Below, piece after piece: positions 1 through 8,577 of a stretch of 25,111 nt of DNA (within the stretch, counting starts at the first letter, position 1; the number at the start of each line of letters is the position of its first letter). The stretch is taken from positions 1 to 25,111 of the IMG/VR virus record IMGVR_UViG_3300030043_000110. One strand, 5' to 3'. The stretch comes from a virus. Taxonomy: Duplodnaviria; Caudoviricetes. A model generated the notes under the pieces. It was not told the DNA's origin, did no database searches, and saw nothing but the letters and a program-made list of their open reading frames with translations. The position numbers and the translations under genes were made by a program.

Positions 1-86
1 CCCCCCCCACTTCGCAATTGCATCTCATTATCATCTAGCTAGTACGAATCATTCTCATTCGCATTCAGTTAGTGGCTTGCTGTTAG

Positions 87-504
87 CTAGTTGTAAGTAT
101 TGATTGCATGAGCAATGATGGATATTGCTTACAGACTGTATTAATAGAATACTTACTCTAGAGAATATCAACATTTTTCTGCTGGATGACCTAAGATATT
201 AGTGCAGTTTGTTGTTTCGTAAGGCAGGTGATTCAAAGAGTAGATTTCGTTAGTAGTTGTAGTGAGTAAATGTAATGGGTCTCGTAAGTCTGTGAATGCC
301 AGACACGACGTACCAACGCCATTAGGCATGCTCTTGGTAGCTATTTCTTGATGCTACTGACAATTTGATAAACCGCTAGTAGCTAGTGGATTCGCTTTGT
401 AGTTCTCACCTGTCACTGACTGTCACTCATATGACAGGTGAGAGGCGATCCAACTAGCTCCTAGGATTGTGGGCATTCGCAGTGAGTACTCACAACACTA
501 GGAG
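87..504 (+). other. Structured non-coding terminal leader (tandem imperfect hairpins)
   Basis: Hand-folded stems: GTAAGTATT 93-101/AATACTTAC 148-156 with inner TGAGCAAT/ATTGCTTA; TCGT-GTCTG/CAGAC-ACGA at about 282-308; perfect 12-bp TCTCACCTGTCA/TGACAGGTGAGA inside 381-459; CTCCTAG 458-464/CTAGGAG 498-504. Confidence 0.55.
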
Positions 505-510
505 ATTGTT

Positions 511-618
511 ATGGATGATTTTGGTAATGTATTGGAATACACAAGTGCCACATTCGCATTCGCAATTGATGGTCTAACTTATGATTGGATTTATTGGTTG
601 CCACTGTGGGCAGATTGA
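511..618 (+). CDS. Small hypothetical protein (35 aa, MDDFGNVLEY...WIYWLPLWAD)
   Basis: AGGAG RBS at 500-504, ATG 511, TGA 616-618; below the ORF-track cutoff. Confidence 0.55.
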   Translation: MDDFGNVLEYTSATFAFAIDGLTYDWIYWLPLWAD

Positions 619-693
619 GTACTTGTAACTGCGTAATCAGATTGTAAGATTCTATTTTCTTTTTCAACCCCTAGATACTAAATAGGTGCAAAA

Positions 694-1347
694 ATGAGCA
701 ATATTTCAGATCGTCACATTTTCACTACTTACAACTCTAACGGCAAAGATAAATCTACTGCTCTTAGCGGTCAGAGATTAAGTGTGGTGAGATTCAAAAA
801 GGATAAGTCAGGAAGTAAGGCGAAAGATAGTCAGTGCGTATCTGTTCCAGTAACAGTGCTGAGTGCAGAGGACTATGAAGTACTGTCACCGCAGATCTCC
901 CAATGGTTTCATGGTGTACAGGATGAAATCATTCGCGAGGCATGTGTAGCTGATAAGGATGCAGTAACAAGTGAGGAAATCGATGTAGCTGCAGTGAAAT
1001 CCTATTTGGTGCAGCAAGCTGCAGGTGACAGACTTAATGGGGAACAGATCAAATACTGGTTCGATAGTGAACTGCAAGATATGTTACTTCTGGCATTTGC
1101 GGAGAAACTAGGTATCAGTGATGACTGCAGTGAAGAACAGACACAGAAATTGCAACAAATGTGCAATGTATATAGAGACTGCTTTGCAGCACTTGCTGGT
1201 GGAAGAACTGTATTTGCTGCAGATAAGAGAAGTAAATTGGAGAAAGCGCTCGGATTGGTAGATACAAGTGATGGAATTGGAGCTAGATTGATTGCTAAGT
1301 TGCAGGCTATGAAAGAAGTCAGTGTGGAAGAGATGTTAGGTTTGTGA
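694..1347 (+). CDS. Hypothetical early phage protein (217 aa)
   Basis: Long ORF with AGGT RBS; no motif recognised. Confidence 0.8.
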   Translation: MSNISDRHIFTTYNSNGKDKSTALSGQRLSVVRFKKDKSGSKAKDSQCVSVPVTVLSAEDYEVLSPQISQWFHGVQDEIIREACVADKDAVTSEEIDVAAVKSYLVQQAAGDRLNGEQIKYWFDSELQDMLLLAFAEKLGISDDCSEEQTQKLQQMCNVYRDCFAALAGGRTVFAADKRSKLEKALGLVDTSDGIGARLIAKLQAMKEVSVEEMLGL

Positions 1348-1356
1348 GCAATGATT

Positions 1357-1669
1357 AGGGGATAGGGTACCGGGTACACTCCAGTACTTTACCCCCTCCT
1401 CCCCTTACGAACACATTACAGACTTGTAGGCGTATATAAAGTGTAGTTAGTTATGTGCCTTCTAATAGACTTATAACTAACTATATAGGTATATCTTTAA
1501 TTTTTATTTTTTATACCCCCTAAAATATACGCGCAGTGTAGTGCTTTATATATAAGTTAGTTAGGGGGTATAGAAAGTAAGAAGGCATAAAACACAGATA
1601 CTAGATTCACCAATTTGGTGCTTGACGGGGGAGGGGTAAACCGGGTACTATACCCTATCCCCTGTACCC
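1357..1669. repeat. Nested inverted-repeat region with AT-rich core (candidate replication origin)
   Basis: AGGGGATAGGGTA 1357-1369/TACCCTATCCCCT 1651-1663 (perfect 13 bp); TTTACCCC 1388-1395/GGGGTAAA 1633-1640; TATACCCCCTAA 1512-1523/TTAGGGGGTATA 1561-1572; TAGTTAGTTAT 1444-1454/ATAACTAACTA 1473-1483; TGCCTTCT 1456-1463/AGAAGGCA 1580-1587. The origin role is inference. Confidence 0.7.
1622..1651 (+). promoter_or_regulatory. Sigma70-like promoter
   Basis: TTGACG 1622-1627, 18 bp spacer, TACTAT 1646-1651, about 40 bp upstream of ATG 1691. Confidence 0.55.
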
Positions 1670-1690
1670 AAATATCGATTGGTGAAACTA

Positions 1691-2005
1691 ATGAGCGATG
1701 AAAATACGTTAAGACTTAAGCTAACTTCATTTCAAGCTAGAACACTCTACACAATGATTAATGCTAGAGAGTGGGATGAAATTGAAGAAATGACATTAGT
1801 TGGTAGATTGAATAAATCAATTGAGGAATTTCTAATTCTTAAATGCGAATATACACGAGAAACTATTCGTGTTGAAGTTAAGAAACAGTTGACAGATATA
1901 GATTTTGCAGAAATTGAAGCACAAGCAATGCAGTTCGTTATAGATAACGGCGGTAGTATTGATGCTGTAAGTGTTGTTTCCGGTGATTATGATCCATACA
2001 ATTAG
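1691..2005 (+). CDS. Hypothetical protein (104 aa)
   Basis: ORF track 1679..2005; ATG 1691 preferred because GGTGA lies just upstream. Confidence 0.7.
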   Translation: MSDENTLRLKLTSFQARTLYTMINAREWDEIEEMTLVGRLNKSIEEFLILKCEYTRETIRVEVKKQLTDIDFAEIEAQAMQFVIDNGGSIDAVSVVSGDYDPYN

Positions 2006-2057
2006 GTAGTTAAAAGATTCAAATATTCAAAGGTTATTACGATATAAGGAGTTGTAA

Positions 2058-2246
2058 ATGAAACTCATATTAGTTTGTATCATTGTAAGTTGTATTTTAG
2101 CTTCCTTCCAAGGATGTGCATCACCCCAAATGTATATGAATTCAATGATTTATAGCACACAACCTGCACACAACTATGCATACGCGGGCCCATACCAGTT
2201 TCAATCTCACTCAGGAACTGAAACCCACCCAGGAGAAATGAAATGA
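2058..2246 (+). CDS. Putative small lipoprotein (62 aa)
   Basis: AAGGAG RBS; MK followed by a hydrophobic stretch and a lipobox-like FQG-C20. Confidence 0.6.
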   Translation: MKLILVCIIVSCILASFQGCASPQMYMNSMIYSTQPAHNYAYAGPYQFQSHSGTETHPGEMK

Positions 2247-2314
2247 AAACAGTAATCAATGGAATTGCATTTGCAGTCGGTGTAATTGTATTTCTTGCAA
2301 TATTTCACCCATAA
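2243..2314 (+). CDS. Small single-TM peptide (23 aa, MKTVINGIAFAVGVIVFLAIFHP)
   Basis: AGGAG at 2231-2235; ATGA overlap with the upstream stop; hydrophobic. Confidence 0.55.
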   Translation: MKTVINGIAFAVGVIVFLAIFHP

Positions 2315-2379
2315 CACAGCAATTGGTTTTATATCAAACAGCACACATCACATTTCGCATTCCTACAGGAAACCATATC

Positions 2380-3081
<702 letters not shown>

Positions 3082-3087
3082 TTGAAA

Positions 3088-3146
3088 TGTAATAGGTCGA
3101 AATGGTCGTGAGACCATCTAGTTGTTACGCAACTACTGATGAGACC
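3088..3146 (+). ncRNA. Type II hammerhead ribozyme
   Basis: Stem II GGUC 3095-3098/GACC 3143-3146; GAAA 3099-3102; stem III UGGUC-GUGA-GACCA 3103-3116; AUC cleavage triplet, cut after C3118; stem I UAGUUG-UUACG-CAACUA 3119-3135; CUGAUGA 3136-3142; loop I UUACG can pair with UGUAA 3088-3092. Confidence 0.93.
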
Positions 3147-3183
3147 ATTTAATTATACAATGAATCAATTTGGAGATTCTATC

Positions 3184-3309
3184 ATGTGGGATTTTATCAA
3201 CTCAGTATTTGATATGCTAGGTTTTGTATTCTTAGCTGTTATGGGAGCAATCACACTAGGAGGGGTTGTAGCATACTTAGTAGACTTAGGTGACCAGCAT
3301 TGGGATTGA
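3184..3309 (+). CDS. Small membrane protein (41 aa, MWDFINSVFDMLGFVFLAVMGAITLGGVVAYLVDLGDQHWD)
   Basis: GGAG RBS at 3172-3175; long hydrophobic segment; first ORF after the ribozyme. Confidence 0.65.
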   Translation: MWDFINSVFDMLGFVFLAVMGAITLGGVVAYLVDLGDQHWD

Positions 3310-3374
3310 GTGGGGGGAGGGGTTTACAGCTAATCCAACTCCAGTTTTTACCATAAATATGAGAGGTGACCATC

Positions 3375-3509
3375 ATGTTTCACTATGAACATATTTGGCT
3401 TGCAATTGCCTGTATCACAGTTTGTTATTACAAAACAACAGAAGGTAAATTCATTGGGAATTCTACAATGACTACCCATTTGTTTCCTAAATCATTAGTG
3501 TGGTGCTAA
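3375..3509 (+). CDS. Small hypothetical protein (44 aa)
   Basis: GAGGTG RBS, ATG 3375, TAA 3507-3509. Confidence 0.5.
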   Translation: MFHYEHIWLAIACITVCYYKTTEGKFIGNSTMTTHLFPKSLVWC

Positions 3510-3558
3510 AAGATGTCAAAAGATGCTAACAGCTACTCGACAGCTAGGGGAAATCACG

Positions 3559-4107
3559 ATGTCAACAACCATTAAAGATCCTAATAATCCATTGTGCGGA
3601 GCACTGTCAGATTCTACACCTAATCTCACACCAGAAACTACCAAGCAACAAGCTAAACGAAATGTATCTCTCAAATCCAAACTAATTGGATACATTTCTA
3701 GTTTGCATCCAACATATCAATTCAATGTATATGATTTAGCTGCAGAGTTAGGAACTACTAGAGGATCACTCAATCTATATCTACAAGATTTAGTAGCTTC
3801 TAGTCGCATCTATATAGTTCCGACTGGCCACGGTAGTAAGATGTATACATACCAGAAAGCGAAACCACATGCATTGAAACCAGTTACTATTCCAATCTCT
3901 AATCAATCAGATTTGTGGAATACAATGTTTTATTTTTGTGCCCCACCGCCGCCAGCTGAAACTGACTGGTCTGCAATCTTTGCTGGTATTAACCGATGGT
4001 CAGAAATTGTATGGTCAATTTGGGAAGCTAGAAATGCATGTAAGCAACGTGAAACTAGTGGAACTCTAACATCCAGTCTCACAATCATGGCAACAATAGC
4101 AAGATAG
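3559..4107 (+). CDS. Winged helix-turn-helix DNA-binding protein
   Basis: FNVYDLAAELGTTRGSLNLYLQDLVASSRIYIVPTGHGSKMYTY has a wHTH pattern (helix-turn-helix plus beta wing); AGGGG RBS before ATG 3559. Confidence 0.65.
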   Translation: MSTTIKDPNNPLCGALSDSTPNLTPETTKQQAKRNVSLKSKLIGYISSLHPTYQFNVYDLAAELGTTRGSLNLYLQDLVASSRIYIVPTGHGSKMYTYQKAKPHALKPVTIPISNQSDLWNTMFYFCAPPPPAETDWSAIFAGINRWSEIVWSIWEARNACKQRETSGTLTSSLTIMATIAR

Positions 4108-4206
4108 AAAGTGCTTTAAAGGATTGATTAGCAGAGGGTTAGGGAGTGAGATATAGACTACAATATCCTACCCACTGTCTAGATCAGTCCTTTAGCGCAT
4201 TTGCTA
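4097..4206 (+). promoter_or_regulatory. Long intergenic hairpin (possible RNase III site)
   Basis: UAAAGGAUUGAUU 4117-4129/GAUCAGUCCUUUA 4182-4194 (13 bp with G-U), plus further inner and outer pairing (UAGCAA/UUGCUA). Confidence 0.55.
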
Positions 4207-4231
4207 GAAGTTGTTATTTTGGAGAAACGAA

Positions 4232-4384
4232 GTGAACTCGCGCACAATCATCTGGCTGTTTTTTGCTGGTCTTAACTCCATTGTCTTTGGCTTGCTGCTA
4301 GATCAAGGGGTTCACCCTTATGCACAAGCAGTTTTGTTAGGCGGCTTTCTTGGCGCAGCGATCGAGCGGTTGTGTAGTAAATGA
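4232..4384 (+). CDS. Small two-TM membrane protein (50 aa)
   Basis: GGAG RBS at 4221-4224, GTG start; MNSRTIIWLFFAGLNSIVFGLLLDQGVHPYAQAVLLGGFLGAAIERLCSK. Confidence 0.6.
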   Translation: MNSRTIIWLFFAGLNSIVFGLLLDQGVHPYAQAVLLGGFLGAAIERLCSK

Positions 4385-4426
4385 TTCTTTAACAACTAAC
4401 CCAGAAACTCTCAGGAGTTATATACT

Positions 4427-4678
4427 ATGAATTTTATCCATGGCTCAGATAGACGATACGAAACCCGCGAACCTGAATTGATTCATTTCATAACAATAGA
4501 TGATTATGGTAACATTTGTTGTTTGTTAGATTCCCCCTACGATCACATCCACTATAAAGAATATGACTCCAAAGACCCATTTCTGGAAATATGGAATCTA
4601 GCAGATCGATATGCATATTTTTTCACCAGTAAATACTATGCATGCAATATCAAAACTACTGGTATAGATCCTATCTAA
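4427..4678 (+). CDS. Hypothetical protein (83 aa)
   Basis: AGGAG RBS; ORF track. Confidence 0.65.
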   Translation: MNFIHGSDRRYETREPELIHFITIDDYGNICCLLDSPYDHIHYKEYDSKDPFLEIWNLADRYAYFFTSKYYACNIKTTGIDPI

Positions 4679-4688
4679 TAGAGGCAAT

Positions 4689-5708
4689 ATGAAGATACTA
4701 TGTAAGTATTCTAGTATAGAATACGAAGTTTCACATTTTCCATTCTCACTGGAGTCGCGCGAAGTAGCACATCCAGTGTTTTCCATCCCACAATCTAAAC
4801 TGTTAGTTGTAATTTCTCGCCGATGGCCTGAGAAACTAACTCCGATTGATTCCTATCTAGGATTTCTATCCCTCATGCATTCTACAGGGAAAATAGATTG
4901 GAGAGTACCAGCATTTTATGTACCGGCACTAGATTCTACAGTTGCCCAAAATATGGAACTCCTATTACGTACTATAGGAACCATTAACGCAATTACACAC
5001 CCAGCATTTACTTATCCAGGTTTTGTAATGACTCCAGATACTAGAAGTCTACAAACTATAGGTCACTGGATAGCAATTCTAGGTGACTGCATTCGTGGAT
5101 TCCAAGAAGGAAATAAGCGAGCACAGCTACATGATAGAATTGTGCGGCGTGAACAAGCAATGGAGCGGATGATAAAAGATCCATCCAAGAATCCAGCTAA
5201 CTACGCAAATCAACTAGCTGAATGGGCAGCACTAGCTGGTGAGTTTCCAACAGGGTCAGTACCTGTAGACGGTGTACAGATTCCACTGGCAGATTACTGG
5301 AAAGCAATCATTAGGAAAGCAGCACGAGGTGAAGCAGTATTTTCCCTTAATGACACTGATTTGGCTGAACTGATAGAACATTGTGAAGATGCAATACCTC
5401 ATGGTTCTATCTATGCTCATGCATTGATGAATGTGCTTAGGAGCGCGGCTGATAAGAAATCAAATCTTTTAGGACTTGGAGATTTTGATGTTCGATCAGG
5501 TACTTATAGAATCTTGGATGATTCAGACACAGCAGAAAGAGCTAATTTGTTAGCTATGGTAGATTCAGCTCCTGTGGAGAAACCAGTAGAATACAACTAT
5601 CCTTCCAAGATAGCATTCTTGCGGGCTCTATACAAATGGAAAGCTGCACAACAAATTGGGGCTGAGATAGCTGGTGATTCTAGTAAGATTCTATTGGAGA
5701 AACTATAA
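4689..5708 (+). CDS. Hypothetical phage protein (339 aa)
   Basis: Long ORF with GAGG RBS; no motif recognised. Confidence 0.85.
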   Translation: MKILCKYSSIEYEVSHFPFSLESREVAHPVFSIPQSKLLVVISRRWPEKLTPIDSYLGFLSLMHSTGKIDWRVPAFYVPALDSTVAQNMELLLRTIGTINAITHPAFTYPGFVMTPDTRSLQTIGHWIAILGDCIRGFQEGNKRAQLHDRIVRREQAMERMIKDPSKNPANYANQLAEWAALAGEFPTGSVPVDGVQIPLADYWKAIIRKAARGEAVFSLNDTDLAELIEHCEDAIPHGSIYAHALMNVLRSAADKKSNLLGLGDFDVRSGTYRILDDSDTAERANLLAMVDSAPVEKPVEYNYPSKIAFLRALYKWKAAQQIGAEIAGDSSKILLEKL

Positions 5709-6019
5709 TGATTGAACATATTCATAAATTTGGAATTCCCAAATCTACCATGCACCACGCACTAATTAACCGCTTCGAGCTTACACAGGAACAAATAGAG
5801 GCATGTGAAAAATATTACATTCTGCGATGGACTGGAGCACATTTTAAGCATGTAATGCATTCAGGAGTTATACGACACCAAAATACAGAATACTTAGTAG
5901 TGTATAAAGACTGTAAACCAAGTGAGATTGCAACTAGCTCACAACTTTTTATGTCTTTCCGTAAACCAGCGCATGAATTCCACCTGCAAGCATATGTACT
6001 TGTGAGTATTGGATTCTGA
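5708..6019 (+). CDS. Hypothetical protein (103 aa)
   Basis: TAATG coupling with the upstream gene; GGAG RBS. Confidence 0.7.
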   Translation: MIEHIHKFGIPKSTMHHALINRFELTQEQIEACEKYYILRWTGAHFKHVMHSGVIRHQNTEYLVVYKDCKPSEIATSSQLFMSFRKPAHEFHLQAYVLVSIGF

Positions 6020-6061
6020 GTTAGATGCATTTCTTTACCACCTAGTCTCAGCTAAACAGAG

Positions 6062-6122
6062 CAATCTACAATAGATACGATATCGAAATCGCTTGACATG
6101 ATATCGTATCTATGATAGATTG
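6062..6122 (+). promoter_or_regulatory. Sigma70 promoter embedded in a long inverted repeat
   Basis: TTGACA 6093-6098, 17 bp spacer, TGn-TAGATT 6116-6121; perfect 14-bp IR ATAGATACGATATC 6071-6084/GATATCGTATCTAT 6100-6113, plus outer CAATCTA/TAGATTG. Confidence 0.8.
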
Positions 6123-6181
6123 ATTTGTATTATCCACCAAAAACCAATATTTTGTTCCCTACACAGCAGGAGAAATAACCA

Positions 6182-7933
6182 ATGGCAATTGATCATGAAA
6201 AGATACGACAGCTGTTAGCTGCCAGTAGATTGAAGCAAGAGACTAAATCAGTTGTTAGCGACAGTTCCAAAGGAACGAGAATGGAGCGTTTGGAGCTAAC
6301 AGACGTCCAAAAAGCTAATCTAGCAATCAATGGTTGTATTGGAACGGTTGAAGAAATAACTACTCCTAATCACAATGATTGGTCACAATCCATAGACAAA
6401 TATGGCAATGTAATCACCCTAAATGCTGAGCAAATTTCAGCAGTGGAACTGGCGGCTTCTGGCCAGTCTCTAGTTCTAATCGGGGCTGCTGGATCAGGGA
6501 AAACAACAACAAATAGACAAATTAATTCTGCACTCATAGAAACTGGAATCGCTGGAATTATGACTCTAACTGAGCATCGATACTTAGCTGATTCCACTCC
6601 TGGAATTGTGACGGTAGCTTATACTCGACGCGCAGTAGCTAATATGCAACGTTCAGTTTCAGACGACATGAAAGGGAATGTGATTACAATACATAAGCTG
6701 CTAGAATATCAACCAGTTTATGATACTGTAGAGGATGCTGAAACAGGCGAATCTCATACTAAGATGTCTTTTGTAGCTACTAGGAATAGATACAATCCAT
6801 TACCTGCTTCTATCAAATGTATTCAAATTGAAGAAGCATCTATGGTTTCAGTAGAACTATTTCAAGAGATTCTCGATGCGTGTCCACATAATCCGCAGTT
6901 CATTTTCCTTGGTGACATCCAACAATTGCCTCCAGTTTTCGGTTCGGCTATATTGGGATTTAAAATGCTTGAACTCCCAACTATTGAACTAACACAGATT
7001 TATCGGCAAGCTCTAGAATCACCAATCATTAGACTTGCACACAGAATTCTTTCTGGTAATCCAATTCCAGCTACTGAATTCAAAGAATGGAAAATACCCT
7101 CCCAACTAACTATTCATCCTTGGAAAAAGAAACTAGATGCTGATTTAGGTTGTATGATAGCAGCTAAATTCTTTATAGCAGCGATTGATTCAGGCGCTTA
7201 TAGTCCAGATTCGGATATGATCCTATGTCCATTTAATAAGTCTTTCGGGACTGAAGAATTGAATCGACACATAGCTCAGCATTTGTCTAGGCGGCGTAAG
7301 GCAGTTGTGTTTGAAATCATTGCTGGATTTAACAAATTCTATTATTCTGTAGGCGATAAAGTACTTGTGGAAAAAGAAGATGCTATCATTGTTGATATCA
7401 AACGTAATTCAGAATACATGGGGGCGAAACCTGCAACTCCTAGCCCGACGCTAGATTATTGGGGCGCGGAACAAGGAACTGCTCACCATATAGATGATTC
7501 AGAATCTAGTGATGATGATATCGATAGAATGATGGAATTGGCCGCTTCAGATTCTGAAGATCGTGTACGACAATGCTCACATACAATAACAGTACTTATG
7601 CAAGATACTGGTTTAGAGTTACAAATTAAGACTGCTTCAGAAGTGAATGCAATGCTTTTAGGTTACTGTCTTACAGTACACAAATCTCAGGGATCTGAAT
7701 GGAGAAAGGTATTTCTTGTTCTCCATAATACTCATGCAACAATGATTTCCCGTGAACTTATGTACACTGCAGTTACGAGGGCACGAGAAGAACTTTATGT
7801 GATTTGTGAACCAGAAACATTTGTAAAGGGTATTCTAAGTCAGAGAATTAAAGGAAATACACTAGCTGAGAAAGCAGAGTTTTTCAAAGGCAAAGTAGAA
7901 TCTGGTTATCTCTTGGAGAAAGTAAAATCATGA
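6182..7933 (+). CDS. RecD/Dda-like SF1B DNA helicase
   Basis: Motifs GAAGSGKTT (Walker A), IEEASMV (Walker B), GDIQQLPPV, LTQIYRQ, YCLTVHKSQGSEW and LMYTAVTRAR. Confidence 0.93.
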   Translation: MAIDHEKIRQLLAASRLKQETKSVVSDSSKGTRMERLELTDVQKANLAINGCIGTVEEITTPNHNDWSQSIDKYGNVITLNAEQISAVELAASGQSLVLIGAAGSGKTTTNRQINSALIETGIAGIMTLTEHRYLADSTPGIVTVAYTRRAVANMQRSVSDDMKGNVITIHKLLEYQPVYDTVEDAETGESHTKMSFVATRNRYNPLPASIKCIQIEEASMVSVELFQEILDACPHNPQFIFLGDIQQLPPVFGSAILGFKMLELPTIELTQIYRQALESPIIRLAHRILSGNPIPATEFKEWKIPSQLTIHPWKKKLDADLGCMIAAKFFIAAIDSGAYSPDSDMILCPFNKSFGTEELNRHIAQHLSRRRKAVVFEIIAGFNKFYYSVGDKVLVEKEDAIIVDIKRNSEYMGAKPATPSPTLDYWGAEQGTAHHIDDSESSDDDIDRMMELAASDSEDRVRQCSHTITVLMQDTGLELQIKTASEVNAMLLGYCLTVHKSQGSEWRKVFLVLHNTHATMISRELMYTAVTRAREELYVICEPETFVKGILSQRIKGNTLAEKAEFFKGKVESGYLLEKVKS

Positions 7934-8184
7934 ACAAAGAATCTGAAAATCCAGCAACTAAAGCGAATGAAACAGTCTCTCAAGCAACTCTAGATGGGGC
8001 ATTTCTACTTGCCTATCATGATGCAAGAGATAATTCCAACAGAGTAATGAATAGAGAAGATTTCAGGAAAGGTTGGAATCAATGTCTTATTGCATTTGGT
8101 ATGACAATGCAAGTGGGAGAGAAAGTTTGGGATAAGTATATGGGTACAGCTCAGTTGGCTTCCAAAGGAGTGAAAAGAAAATGA
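7930..8184 (+). CDS. Hypothetical protein (84 aa)
   Basis: ATGA overlap with the helicase stop. Confidence 0.7.
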   Translation: MNKESENPATKANETVSQATLDGAFLLAYHDARDNSNRVMNREDFRKGWNQCLIAFGMTMQVGEKVWDKYMGTAQLASKGVKRK

Positions 8185-8489
8185 GCATCATCGGTGAATA
8201 CATGGCAGATTCTCGTCTACCAGATTCCACAATTGGTTATGAGCAAGAATTTGCAATTGTAGATTTCCAAGAATCTATCTTACTCCATTTAGATCATCCA
8301 GAACCTATATACAATAATCGGGACTTTTGGCAACATTGTGTATGGTTAGCATCTGGATTGAAATCAGAGCTAGGAGATGAACAGAGACCATATCTTAAGA
8401 AGTGGATACAATCTAACTGGTTTTGGTTCACAGAAGAATTCTCGAAACGAGTTCAGATTGAGATTCAAAGGAAGCTACAATTTCTGTAA
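8181..8489 (+). CDS. Hypothetical protein (102 aa)
   Basis: ATGA overlap; AAGGAG upstream. Confidence 0.7.
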   Translation: MSIIGEYMADSRLPDSTIGYEQEFAIVDFQESILLHLDHPEPIYNNRDFWQHCVWLASGLKSELGDEQRPYLKKWIQSNWFWFTEEFSKRVQIEIQRKLQFL

Positions 8490-8498
8490 AAATTCCAC

Positions 8499-8527
8499 TT
8501 GACAAGGGCCCACTGCTGTGAGACTAT
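8499..8527 (+). promoter_or_regulatory. Possible sigma70 promoter
   Basis: TTGACA 8499-8504, 17 bp spacer, TGn-GACTAT 8522-8527, intergenic; weak -10. Confidence 0.5.
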
Positions 8528-8577
8528 ACCATTTCCAAAGCGGCCTCCAATAACTCATAACTTTCACAGGAAGAAAA

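Noticed and set aside
622-664. Terminator after the 35-aa ORF
   Set aside because: The stem is weak (A-U/G-U rich) and separated from the T-run; not supportable
1358-1645. G-quadruplexes in the G-rich arms
   Set aside because: Each + strand cluster has only three runs of three or more G; the inverted repeats explain the pattern better
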